Positions 55,290 to 64,000 of a stretch of 64,000 bases of DNA are shown one piece after another (position 1 is the first letter of the stretch; the number at the start of each line of letters is the position of its first letter). The position numbers and the translations under genes are program-made. A model generated the notes under the pieces. It was not told the DNA's origin. It saw nothing but the letters and a program-made list of their open reading frames with translations, and did no database searches. Location of the stretch: positions 11,159-75,158 of the forward strand of contig JAUYKM010000012.1 of the NCBI GenBank assembly GCA_030699125.1, given 5' to 3'. Source of the DNA: Candidatus Daviesbacteria bacterium (GTDB lineage Bacteria > Patescibacteriota > Microgenomatia > Daviesbacterales > UBA10151).

Positions 55290-56221
55290 ACAACCAATTT
55301 TTTAACTGGGCGCATTTCTTCTGTAAATTTAACAAAGCCGCTGCTTTCTAAAATTTTAAATAATACCCAAAGTAGGGGATAGATTAGGATGGTTAAAAAG
55401 GAAGTAATGGAAATGAGGATTAAAAACAGCAATAATGCCAAAGCTGCCGGGATAAAATTTATATAAGGATTAACAATGGTTTCCAACTGATCCTTGACTG
55501 TTTGTTTGATAGTTTCATTTAAAACTGATTGTGGCTGGATATTTTCCTGGTTTTGGGGGATAGAGATGCTATCCAAAACAGAGGGATCAAGGCCATATTG
55601 TTCCAAAAGTTGGGGATTTTTCTTAAGAAGTTCTATTTGCTCCGGGGTAATGGAAGGTTGAGATGGGGAAGTTTTAGGAGAGACAGCTGGTAGCTGCTTC
55701 TGAGGTATTAATTTTAAACTTTCATCTATTAATTGATTCGGGATCTGAAAACCTTCTGTTTGTATTTTCTGGCTGATTGTTAAGAAATAAGTAAAGCTAA
55801 TAACTATGATGAATAAAGTAGTTAAATGTCTGATGGAGGGACCAAAAATAGAGGTTGGCTCAAAATTAACATAAGTTTTTAGGGTATTTTCCAGCGTCAC
55901 ATAGATGATGAGCAATGAAGCCAAAATGCTGGCCGCCATGATTAGTCCCATGGCCTGATCCAGCAAAAACATAGGAATAATGGCGGATAAAATTGCTATT
56001 GGAATAATAAATTTCCAATCATTGGCAAAGGAGGCAAATAGCACAAATAAAAGGGAGGTGAGTAGAATTAAAGAAGATAGTATGATCAGCTGTAAAATGG
56101 TACTTAGGGAAAATGATAAGACCAGATCATAGGAGTGAAGAAGGGCAGGAAGCTGCCAGAGAAGGATAGTAAAGACAATGATAAAAATAGGAGCGAAGAT
56201 GAGTTTTTTAACAATGGGCAT
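55286..56221 (-). CDS. Multi-pass membrane hypothetical protein
   Basis: Six to seven hydrophobic segments. Confidence 0.7.
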   Translation of the reverse strand: MPIVKKLIFAPIFIIVFTILLWQLPALLHSYDLVLSFSLSTILQLIILSSLILLTSLLFVLFASFANDWKFIIPIAILSAIIPMFLLDQAMGLIMAASILASLLIIYVTLENTLKTYVNFEPTSIFGPSIRHLTTLFIIVISFTYFLTISQKIQTEGFQIPNQLIDESLKLIPQKQLPAVSPKTSPSQPSITPEQIELLKKNPQLLEQYGLDPSVLDSISIPQNQENIQPQSVLNETIKQTVKDQLETIVNPYINFIPAALALLLFLILISITSFLTILIYPLLWVLFKILESSGFVKFTEEMRPVKKLVV

Positions 56222-56238
56222 GGTAGAATTATCATAAC

Positions 56239-57066
56239 ATGAAGATCTTAGTCACGCATATTAATCCTCATTTAGATGATATTTTTGCCATCTGGCTGCT
56301 TAAAAAATATGATCCTAAATATAGTGATTTTGAAATAGATTTTATCTCTGCATCTCATGATAAAGCCTCTGAAGAAACTGAGGATAAAGTATTTGTTGGC
56401 ACAGGAGGAGGAAAGTTTGATGAGCATAAAGAGGGACTCAAAACTTGTGCCGGCTCCTTAGTTTTTGATCATTTAAAACAAGCAGGGTTGTTGCCCAAAG
56501 ATGAGCTGGAAGTAAAAGCCTTAGAGGAGGCAGTGGAGTGGAATAAAAAAATTGATATGGGTACTATTCCAATTGAGGCTTATGATGAATTTTCCGTACC
56601 TGCTTTTATCAGAAGCAAAGATAATAAAAAGGAAAGCTCTTTAAAGGATGTAGAGTTGGGATCTAAAATTTTAGAGCGGATTATGGAAGGCTTAAAAAGA
56701 AAACAGCAATCTTTAAAGGATTGGGAGGGGAGAGTGGAGTTTGAATCTAAATTCGGCAAATCTATTGCGGTAAAATCAGATACCATTGACCGGCCGTTTT
56801 GTAAAAGAATGGCTCGCTTCGCGAAGCAAGGAGGAGATTTGTTTTTACTATTGGCCCCCAGATATCATGGAGTACAATATTTTACTCCTTCCCAGAATTT
56901 GGATCTGAGTCCCATTTATGAAAAGGTGAAGAGTATGGATTCGGAAGCTGACTGGTTCCTGCATCAGTCCCATCATATGGTTTTATGCGGTTCATCAGCT
57001 GCCCCGGATGCAAAACCCACAAAACTTACCTTTGAGCAGTTAATTGAAGTAGCAAAGTCTATTTAA
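56239..57066 (+). CDS. MYG1/DHH-like metal-dependent hydrolase
   Basis: THINPHLDD, GGGKFDEH, WFLH. Confidence 0.65.
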   Translation: MKILVTHINPHLDDIFAIWLLKKYDPKYSDFEIDFISASHDKASEETEDKVFVGTGGGKFDEHKEGLKTCAGSLVFDHLKQAGLLPKDELEVKALEEAVEWNKKIDMGTIPIEAYDEFSVPAFIRSKDNKKESSLKDVELGSKILERIMEGLKRKQQSLKDWEGRVEFESKFGKSIAVKSDTIDRPFCKRMARFAKQGGDLFLLLAPRYHGVQYFTPSQNLDLSPIYEKVKSMDSEADWFLHQSHHMVLCGSSAAPDAKPTKLTFEQLIEVAKSI

Positions 57067-57082
57067 GTGCTATACTGATGAT

Positions 57083-57664
57083 ATGAGTTTAGGCTTAATC
57101 CTCAATATCCTTATTAGACTTTCTATTCTTTATTTTTTAGGAGAAGTTTTACTTTTTCCGGATGATCCCAGATTTGCCGGGAAAGCTATTCCTATAAGGA
57201 ACTTTATAATTGTTATTTCTTTAAGTCTTTTATTTCCTGCTTTTTATTTTCTCAAAAATCATTTAAAAACAACTTATTTATGGATCCCCGCTTTCGCGGG
57301 GATGACATGGAAGAGGTATCCTTTTTGGCTGGATAATTTATACCTGTCCATTTTCTGGCTAGATATGGCTGGGAATTCCTTTAACTTATATGACAGTTAT
57401 TTTTATTTTGACTTAATTCCGCACTTTCATTCCACAGCTGCCTTGGCAGTAGTACTTCTAGGAGCCTTTGGCTTTTCTTTCTGGGGAGGAGTGGGCCTTG
57501 CCAACATCATCCATATGCTTTTGGAGGCTCAGGAATATTATACGGATATATTTTTGGGTACCCACAATGTCCGGGGGCTTTTTGATACTGTTAATGATTT
57601 AATGGTGGGGCTTTTGGGAACTGTGATTTATGGTCTAATCTTAATTAAATGGCGTAAGAGATGA
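57083..57664 (+). CDS. Membrane protein with in-frame palindrome insertion
   Basis: DLIPHF...E..EY..D...DTVNDL; WIPAFAGMT encoded by hairpin 57281-57307. Confidence 0.7.
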   Translation: MSLGLILNILIRLSILYFLGEVLLFPDDPRFAGKAIPIRNFIIVISLSLLFPAFYFLKNHLKTTYLWIPAFAGMTWKRYPFWLDNLYLSIFWLDMAGNSFNLYDSYFYFDLIPHFHSTAALAVVLLGAFGFSFWGGVGLANIIHMLLEAQEYYTDIFLGTHNVRGLFDTVNDLMVGLLGTVIYGLILIKWRKR

Positions 57665-57676
57665 TATGGTTCCAAT

Positions 57677-57749
57677 TGTCATCCCTGCGGAGGCAGGGAT
57701 CCATTTAATAAAGATGGTTAATTAGATTCCCGCATATGCGGGAATGACA
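57677..57749. repeat. TGTC...GACA double-hairpin element (intergenic)
   Basis: tgtcatccctgcggaggcagggatcc...gattcccgcatatgcgggaatgaca. Confidence 0.9.
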
Positions 57750-57759
57750 GGAAAAAGCG

Positions 57760-58806
57760 ATGTGGAGAAGTAAATATCTAGTTTTATTTCTATTACTGAT
57801 TATTCTCGCTGGTGTGATCTTCCAAAAACAGCTCTCTACTCATCTTAAAATCATCCTTTTTATTACAGAAGAGTTTCCTCAGATTCCTGTTAAACCATTA
57901 GGGCTTATCACTCAATCTCCGCAACATGAGTGGGTGGAATTTGATCCGCCAGCTGGCGGAGGTAAGGTGGTGGCAGATCTTTATATCCCCCATGCCGCAT
58001 ATGTAAAGGATAGATCAGCTGTTATTTTGGCTATGGGGGTGAAGACCGATGAAAAAAACAAGACATTAATCCGGCATTTTGCAGATACTATGGCCAGATT
58101 AGGGTATGTAGTACTTTGGCCCAGGCTGGAAGTTTTGGATAAAGGACAATCTTTACCTGAGGAGCCAGCCACTTTTGTAGAAGGCTTTAAATACTTGCAA
58201 AACTTATGTTATTTTGACCTGTCATCCCTGCGAATGCAGGGATCCAATAAACAAGACTCTAGTTCGAAATTGGATTCCCGCCTACGCGGGAATGACAATT
58301 GTGAAGTTGACACAATAAGAATATCCTTTGTGGGTTTCTCTGCTGGTTCATCAATTGCTTTTGTGGCCTCATCAAATCCTGAAATCTCTGATAAAGTGCA
58401 TGCTTTGGTCTTTTTTGGCGGATATTTTAATATTTTTGATTATCTCGCGGCTTTAGATGGAGAAACTCCCTGGATCCCACACCCGGATGCTGTAAGTCAT
58501 GCCAAAACTTTACTGGTAGCCAAGGGAGTATCTTCTTCCTCAGCCCAACTAAACCAATATTCTCCCCAAGAATTTGTGTCTAATTTTAAGGCCAGATTAT
58601 TTATCCTGCATGATAAATCCGATACTTTTGTGCCGTATTTAGAATCTGAAAAATTATCTCAGGCTTTACCAAAAGAGAGCATTGGAGCATATGCGATTAC
58701 TGATCTTTTTGAACATGTCCAGCCAAATAGAGCATTAACAAGGGAAAATATCCAGGAACTTTTTAAATTATATAATTTTCTTTACAAAACCTTGATCTTT
58801 ATCTAA
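57760..58806 (+). CDS. Membrane-anchored alpha/beta hydrolase with in-frame repeat insertions
   Basis: VGFSAG, HD..D.FVP, FEHV; inserts at about 57945-57960 and 58220-58297. Confidence 0.8.
   Translation: MWRSKYLVLFLLLIILAGVIFQKQLSTHLKIILFITEEFPQIPVKPLGLITQSPQHEWVEFDPPAGGGKVVADLYIPHAAYVKDRSAVILAMGVKTDEKNKTLIRHFADTMARLGYVVLWPRLEVLDKGQSLPEEPATFVEGFKYLQNLCYFDLSSLRMQGSNKQDSSSKLDSRLRGNDNCEVDTIRISFVGFSAGSSIAFVASSNPEISDKVHALVFFGGYFNIFDYLAALDGETPWIPHPDAVSHAKTLLVAKGVSSSSAQLNQYSPQEFVSNFKARLFILHDKSDTFVPYLESEKLSQALPKESIGAYAITDLFEHVQPNRALTRENIQELFKLYNFLYKTLIFI
58220..58297. repeat. TGTC...GACA double-hairpin element in-frame (78 nt)
   Basis: Near-identical arms to 57677-57749; encodes LSSLRMQGS...LDSRLRGND. 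Confidence 0.9.
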
Positions 58807-58817
58807 TATAGAAACCG

Positions 58818-59420
58818 GTGAATAAGTTTATCGCTAATATAATTTTCTTTTCTTTATTTTTGGCTTTTTGGCATACTCCTGGATATGCCATAGAGAATCA
58901 GTCCGATCGGGTAATTGTGAAATTTAGATCTCATATTGCGCAATCAGAAAGGGCGACTCTTTTAAAAAGTTTTGGGTTGTCAAAATCTGAGCAGTTAAAA
59001 CTGGCTGATACTTTAGTCTTGCAGGTTCCAAAAAATAAAGCAGATGATTTGGCAGCCAAATTCTCAAAAAATCCTCTAATAGAATATGCGGAAAAAGATA
59101 ACCTGGCTTATGCTTTGGATTTTCCCAATGATCCCCTATATCCCAGTCAATGGGGCTTGAGTAAAATTGAAGCAGAGGGAGGGTGGAGCACTACTCATGG
59201 ATCAAACAGTGTGAGAATTGCCATTACCGATACTGGAATTGACGGTACTCATCCTGATTTGGCAGGGAAAATTGTGGCCTCTGTTGATTGTACCAACTCT
59301 TGTGTGTCAGTTAATCCCACTGATGGTGATGGTCATGGTACTCATGTGGCCGGCATTGCCTCTGCCACAACCAATAATGACCTGGGGGTGGCAGGAGTAG
59401 GCTATGACCACACTTCTTAA
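58818..59420 (+). pseudogene. Truncated S8 (thermitase-like) protease
   Basis: Has the Asp (ITDTG) and His (HGTHVAG) motifs but stops before the oxyanion Asn and catalytic Ser. Confidence 0.85.
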
Positions 59421-59478
59421 CAAACTACAAACGCATTTAAAGTTGCAAACTAATTTAAAAACTGATACAAAATACCTG

Positions 59479-60309
59479 ATGGTAAAGCCAACTAAAATTA
59501 CAATTTTTGAAGGAAGAAAAATACGTAGACATTGGGATGGAAAAAAAGAAAAGTGGTATTTTTCAGTTGTAGATATCGTTCAGATATTATCTAATCAAGT
59601 TGATTTCACTAAAGCTCGTAAGTATTGGAATAAGTTAGCAGAAAGACTTAGAACGGAAGGGAGTGAAGCGGTGACAAAATGTCACCAGTTGAGAATGCTG
59701 GCAGCAGACGGCAAAATGCGCTTAACTGATGTTGCAGATACAGAAACTATGTTTCGGATTATCCAAGCCATCCCTTCCCCTAATGCTGAACCATTAAAAC
59801 TCTGGCTTGCCAGAGTGGGTTTCGAACGGGTTGAAGAATTAGAAGATCCGGAGAAAGCTATTCAACGGGCATTGAGATTTTACCTTAAACGAGGTTATTC
59901 TCAAAATTGGGTAAATCAAAGATTAAAAAGTATTGAGATTAGAAAAGAGTTAACTGATGAATGGGAAGAAAGGGGAGTTGAAGAAAGCAACCAATTTGCA
60001 ACCCTCACTGATGAAATTACTTTTGCCTGGGCGGGAATGAGAACCAAAGATTATAAAAAATATAAAAACCTTAAAAAAGAAAACCTGCGGGATAATATGA
60101 CTAATCTAGAACTTGTTTTAAATATGCTTGCAGAAGTTTCAACAACAGAAATCTCTAAAAAAGTAGAGCCAAAGGATTTCGAAGAGAATAAAAAAGTAGC
60201 GAAAGAGGGAGGATCAATTGCAGGCTTGGCAAAAAGAAGATTAGAATCTAAACTTAAGAAAAAAGTGGTAACAAAATTAAACGCCAAAAACTTGGGACTT
60301 TTGGAATGA
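59479..60309 (+). CDS. BRO-N domain protein (phage antirepressor-like)
   Basis: IFEGRKIRRHWD...WYFSVVDIV...ADGKMRLTDVA...ENLRDNMT.LEL. Confidence 0.88.
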   Translation: MVKPTKITIFEGRKIRRHWDGKKEKWYFSVVDIVQILSNQVDFTKARKYWNKLAERLRTEGSEAVTKCHQLRMLAADGKMRLTDVADTETMFRIIQAIPSPNAEPLKLWLARVGFERVEELEDPEKAIQRALRFYLKRGYSQNWVNQRLKSIEIRKELTDEWEERGVEESNQFATLTDEITFAWAGMRTKDYKKYKNLKKENLRDNMTNLELVLNMLAEVSTTEISKKVEPKDFEENKKVAKEGGSIAGLAKRRLESKLKKKVVTKLNAKNLGLLE

Positions 60310-60420
60310 AAAAAACAAATGAGCATTTAAAAGATCCAAGAAAACGTTTTTCCTCTGGAATGAGCCATAAGTAGCTAATTTCTTTCAAAATGCAACTACT
60401 TCCTGTGATATAATACAAAT

Positions 60421-60666
60421 ATGAAAAAGTATATTACTTCCAAACCTGATGTGATGGGTGGTGCACCTTGTATTCTTGGAACCAGAATACCTGTTGATGT
60501 TATTTTATATCGCCTCAAAGAAGGGTATACTCTAAAAGACCTTCATAAAATGTATCCTTGGGTTGAGCTAAAAAAATTTGAGGGAGCACTTGAGGAGCTA
60601 GCAAGTAAAGTTAACACTCTTAAAGATGACCAAGAGGTTTTACAAACACAAACTACTGCTGGATGA
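60421..60666 (+). CDS. DUF433 antitoxin-like protein
   Basis: PDVMGGAPCILGTRIPV..IL..L..G......MYP. Confidence 0.9.
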   Translation: MKKYITSKPDVMGGAPCILGTRIPVDVILYRLKEGYTLKDLHKMYPWVELKKFEGALEELASKVNTLKDDQEVLQTQTTAG

Positions 60667-60778
60667 GAATTTTCCAGTCCGTTCATACTTCCCTAACCTA
60701 AATAAAAGGCATGATGTCAAACATCTGACTAAAGATTCTCAAAATCTAGCTAATAAAGCCTTCTGGGATAATCCATAG
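60626..60778 (+). pseudogene. Truncated DUF5615/PIN-like toxin
   Basis: KLLLDENFP...HDVKH then premature stop after about 50 aa; overlaps DUF433. Confidence 0.65.
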
Positions 60779-60815
60779 ATCTTCTCATTGACAAGGCTCT
60801 ATTTTTTCCTCTAAC

Positions 60816-61736
60816 ATGATATTAATGCCCACTTCAACTACGTTCAGTGCAGGTCAAAGAGGAATTATTCATATCCCCATTATCATAGTATTTTTACTGG
60901 CTCTCGGTTTGATGGTGGTAGGTAATGTCCAGACTACCACTGAGTATGATCCAGGTGATGTTCAAGGATTAATTGCCAAAGGCGGAGAAAACAGCGGCAA
61001 AGGATCTGAAAATAGAGGAGGTCCTCCTGAGGAAGTTAGAATTAAGCAAGAAATTAGAACAGCTGATCAGGAGATTAAGAGGGAAATTAGAGAGGATAGA
61101 GTAAGAGTAGATGTTTCTCAAAGCAATGCCAAAAGTAAAATTCACAGACAAAATAATGAAATTATCATTCAAACTGAAGTAGAGAGTGAAATTGAAGATG
61201 AGGCAACTGAATCAGCTGATGATGATGATGATGAAGATGAAGATGAAGATGAAGAGACTGAGGTAGTAGCAGAGCTTCGGGCCATTTCCAAGTTTCCTTT
61301 AAGGATTGATACCTCCACCAATCAACTAATCATGACCAAAAATGGAGTAGAGAGAGTATTAACTATCTTGCCTGCTCATGCTGTGCAAAATATGTTGAGA
61401 GCCCACCTTAAAAAGGGTTTAGGTCCCAAGTTTTTTGAAGGTGCCACGCCTTCTGCCACGCCAGAGGGTAGCCCTTCAGCTTCACCCTCCGCCTCACCAA
61501 CTGAGGAGCCTGAGGCAACTGAGTCAGCAGAGTTGACTATTCTGGAAAGTGATATCAGTTTGGAAGAGCTAGATAGCCAGATAGTCTATAAAATCCCAGC
61601 TAAAAAACACTTAAAAGTATTAGGATTTATTCCAATTAATACAGATTTAACAGGCTATGTCTCAGCAGAAACCGGAATACTTTTGGAGGAGAGACAGTCA
61701 TTTTGGGCCAGACTATTAGATTTATTATCCCCCTAA
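60816..61736 (+). CDS. Exported hypothetical protein with acidic tract (paralog of 35368-35976)
   Basis: QRGIIH pilin-like N-terminus, poly-D/E, FPLRID...VLGFIP...VSAETG. Confidence 0.72.
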   Translation: MILMPTSTTFSAGQRGIIHIPIIIVFLLALGLMVVGNVQTTTEYDPGDVQGLIAKGGENSGKGSENRGGPPEEVRIKQEIRTADQEIKREIREDRVRVDVSQSNAKSKIHRQNNEIIIQTEVESEIEDEATESADDDDDEDEDEDEETEVVAELRAISKFPLRIDTSTNQLIMTKNGVERVLTILPAHAVQNMLRAHLKKGLGPKFFEGATPSATPEGSPSASPSASPTEEPEATESAELTILESDISLEELDSQIVYKIPAKKHLKVLGFIPINTDLTGYVSAETGILLEERQSFWARLLDLLSP

Positions 61737-61744
61737 ATTAGTGT

Positions 61745-61851
61745 TGTCATTCCCGCCCGCTTCGCCGAAGCTCCAGCGAGGCGAGCGTATGCGGGAATCC
61801 AATTCCGACCAAGAGGTTATTAATTGGATCCCTGCATTCGCAGGGATGACG
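61745..61851. repeat. TGTC-type double-hairpin element with a second repeat nested in its first loop
   Basis: Nested 61755-61786 matches the reverse complement of 16920-16948. Confidence 0.88.
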
Positions 61852-61859
61852 AAGAAGTT

Positions 61860-62240
61860 TTAAACATTAATAGATTTTCCACCTTCTGAAGTGGCCAACC
61901 CAAGAGCAAAGTAATCTACATCTTCCTGACCTAAGTTTTCAAAAGTGTGTACCTGGCCTTCTTTGGCAATCACCATATCCCCTTTTTCCAAAATAGCTTC
62001 CTCATTATCTATTTTGGCCTTAACACGGCCATTCATCATGATAAATACCTCAATCATAGACTCATGATAGTGCGGTTCAAATTTTTTACCCACGGGGATG
62101 CGGGCCCAATTAATCATCTGAATCTTTCCATAAGGTAAATCACCTGTTTTAAGAAGAACTTTTTTTAAAGCTCCCGGATTTTTAGGATCCTCATGTGAGG
62201 CTGGAATAAAATCCAACTCCTTGAAGCGGACTATTTTCAT
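61860..62240 (-). CDS. Cupin domain protein
   Basis: PHYH...EVF....G...GD.......H. Confidence 0.88.
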   Translation of the reverse strand: MKIVRFKELDFIPASHEDPKNPGALKKVLLKTGDLPYGKIQMINWARIPVGKKFEPHYHESMIEVFIMMNGRVKAKIDNEEAILEKGDMVIAKEGQVHTFENLGQEDVDYFALGLATSEGGKSINV

Positions 62241-62258
62241 GAGTTATAATTATAACCT

Positions 62259-62453
62259 ATGTGTTACAACTGTGGATGCGGGATGCCGGATGATGATATG
62301 GGGCAAGGCAATGCCGGAGTAGATCCGCATGGTAAATCTATTACCAATAAAACCTTTAAAGCTGCGGCCGAGTCCCAGGGCATGGCTGAGGAAGATGCCA
62401 AAAAATTCACTTTGGAGATGCTACAAAAAGAACTGGGGCAAAAAAAGGAATAA
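62259..62453 (+). CDS. Small Cys-rich metal-binding hypothetical protein
   Basis: MCYNCGC..PDDDMG. Confidence 0.7.
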   Translation: MCYNCGCGMPDDDMGQGNAGVDPHGKSITNKTFKAAAESQGMAEEDAKKFTLEMLQKELGQKKE

Positions 62454-62471
62454 TTCTGCTAGAATTAGGGC

Positions 62472-63650
62472 ATGAGAGTAGCTTTGGTCCATGATTTTTT
62501 GGTGGAATACGGAGGCGGGGAAAGGGTGTTGGAGGCTTTAGCCGAGATTTTCCCTGATGCTTCTATCTATACTGCCTATTTTAACCCTGATGGATTTGGT
62601 CCGCACAAAGATAGGATCAAATCATGGAATATTAAAACCTCATGGTTGCAGTTTTTTCCCAGGAAATTAATCTCTCCATTTAGGATTTTTGCCGCCCAAA
62701 TCTTTGAAAATTTTGATCTGTCAGCATATGATTTGGTAATTTCCTCTTGTAATACTTATTTTGCTAAAGCTGTTAAGGTGAGGAATGGGGCTTTGCATAT
62801 CAGCTATATCCATACACCACCCCGCTATTTATATGGATATACCACTTCTTTTAATTATAAAAAAAATCCGCTCACCAGAGTGTTGGGGGAGCTGGCTAAC
62901 CATTTTTTACGAATTAAAGATTTTGAGGTTTCTCAGAGGCCGGATATTTTAGTGGCCAACTCTAAAGAAGTTCAGGCAAGAATTAAGAAGTTTTACAGAA
63001 GAGATAGTGTGGTCATTTATCCACCGGTTGATCTTATGTCATTCCCGCGAACCAAGGCAGACTTGGGAATGCGGGAATCCAATAAAAAGAATATTTATGG
63101 ATCCCGGATCAAGTCCGGGATGACAGAAGGTAAATATTTTCTTTCTGTGGGGAGGTTGGTAAGAGGAAAAGGGATAGATATTATAATTGAGGCTTGTGTA
63201 AGATTAGGATTACCACTTAAAGTGGTAGGGAGTGGACCGGAAAGGGAGAATTTAGAATCTAGAATTAAGAATCAAGGTTATAAAAACATAGAGTTTTTGG
63301 GGCAGGTTTCCGATCGTGAGTTGCCTAAATTATATGCGGGAGCTAAAGCTACTATTGTAGCATCAGAAGATGAGGATTTTGGTATAACCTCAATTGAGGC
63401 CCAAGCCGCAGGGACACCGGTGATAGCTCCGGCATCTGGTGGATTTTTGGAAACTGTGATAGATGGTAAAACCGGACTTTTGTATGGAGGCCCTGGGATG
63501 GTTAATGCAGATTCTCTAATCGGGGTATTAAGGGAGTTCAGGGAGGACCAATTTAAATCAGAAGATTTGCGCAAAAATGCTGAAAAATTCTCTAAAGAGA
63601 GATTTAAAAAGGAAATATTGGAGTTAGTAGAGAAGAATTTGAGGGCTTGA
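62472..63650 (+). CDS. Glycosyltransferase family 4 with in-frame repeat insertions
   Basis: VHDFL..YGGGERVL, HTPPRYLY, EDFGITSIEAQAAGTPV. Confidence 0.93.
   Translation: MRVALVHDFLVEYGGGERVLEALAEIFPDASIYTAYFNPDGFGPHKDRIKSWNIKTSWLQFFPRKLISPFRIFAAQIFENFDLSAYDLVISSCNTYFAKAVKVRNGALHISYIHTPPRYLYGYTTSFNYKKNPLTRVLGELANHFLRIKDFEVSQRPDILVANSKEVQARIKKFYRRDSVVIYPPVDLMSFPRTKADLGMRESNKKNIYGSRIKSGMTEGKYFLSVGRLVRGKGIDIIIEACVRLGLPLKVVGSGPERENLESRIKNQGYKNIEFLGQVSDRELPKLYAGAKATIVASEDEDFGITSIEAQAAGTPVIAPASGGFLETVIDGKTGLLYGGPGMVNADSLIGVLREFREDQFKSEDLRKNAEKFSKERFKKEILELVEKNLRA
63037..63125. repeat. TGTC...GACA double-hairpin element in-frame in the glycosyltransferase
   Basis: Encodes MSFPR...MRES...GSRIKSGMT. 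Confidence 0.88.
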
Positions 63651-63678
63651 TAAATATATCAAATTTGATATAATTAAA

Positions 63679-64000
63679 ATGGAATTTGAAATAATCTTTT
63701 ATAAGCAAGCTTCTCAGCGAAGCTTACAGTTTGCTGATAGAGATAATTCTTATAAGAGTCCAATAGAAGAGTTTTTAGTTGAATTGGAAAAAAGTAATCT
63801 GAGGTTGGTGTTTAAGACAAGGGAAGCAATTGAGAGGTTAAGAAACAGAGCTTATCATAAAGAGCCTTTTTCAAAACATATAGAGGTTGGATTATGGGAA
63901 TTAAGAGTTAAATCGGGTACAGATATTTTAAGGATTTTTTATACATTTGAAAAAGGGAGAATAATAATTTTGTTGCATATTTTTATAAAGAAAAAACAAA
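63679..64000 (+). CDS. RelE/ParE (phage Gp49-like) toxin, partial
   Basis: Manual translation MEFEIIFY...SPIEEFL...GLWELRVKSGTDILRIFY...ILLHIFIKKKQ; runs off the window. Confidence 0.85.
   Translation, partial: MEFEIIFYKQASQRSLQFADRDNSYKSPIEEFLVELEKSNLRLVFKTREAIERLRNRAYHKEPFSKHIEVGLWELRVKSGTDILRIFYTFEKGRIIILLHIFIKKKQ

Noticed and set aside
61215-61256. GAT/GAA trinucleotide run
   Set aside because: It simply encodes an acidic low-complexity linker in frame.

Overview
This is an AT-rich bacterial chromosome segment. The gene repertoire (short PolA without a 3'-5' exonuclease domain, DUF87/TraD-like ATPase, many leaderless single genes, tRNA-Ile(UAU)) suggests a Patescibacteria/CPR genome, probably Microgenomates; this assignment is inference. 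Bases 1-10075 are the right part of an integrative element: a large serine recombinase missed by the ORF track, an excisionase-like HTH, a type I R-M system and a YaaC-like gene, ending in a tRNA-3'-like att site. The rest is housekeeping and accessory DNA: msrA, trxB, Ni-SOD sodN/sodX, a three-gene ATP-citrate-lyase-like system, trpS, ftsH and polA. There are three tRNAs, one an fMet-like tRNA split by a 248-nt group I intron, and many toxin-antitoxin modules. Five unexplained patterns stand out. (1) Two arrays of single-gene cassettes are separated by degenerate tRNA-end/att-like repeats. (2) Three TA cassettes sit at the termini of trxB, the ACL alpha-like gene and trpS, each leaving a diverged duplicate of the gene end. 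(3) A four-helix-bundle gene is bounded by 13-bp terminal inverted heptamer-based repeats, with gene-less copies elsewhere. (4) Several families of short palindromic elements are inserted in-frame into proteins and nested in each other. (5) An aromatic-rich leader peptide with an attenuator-like structure lies upstream of the trpS region. No database searches were run; family calls rest on motif recognition.
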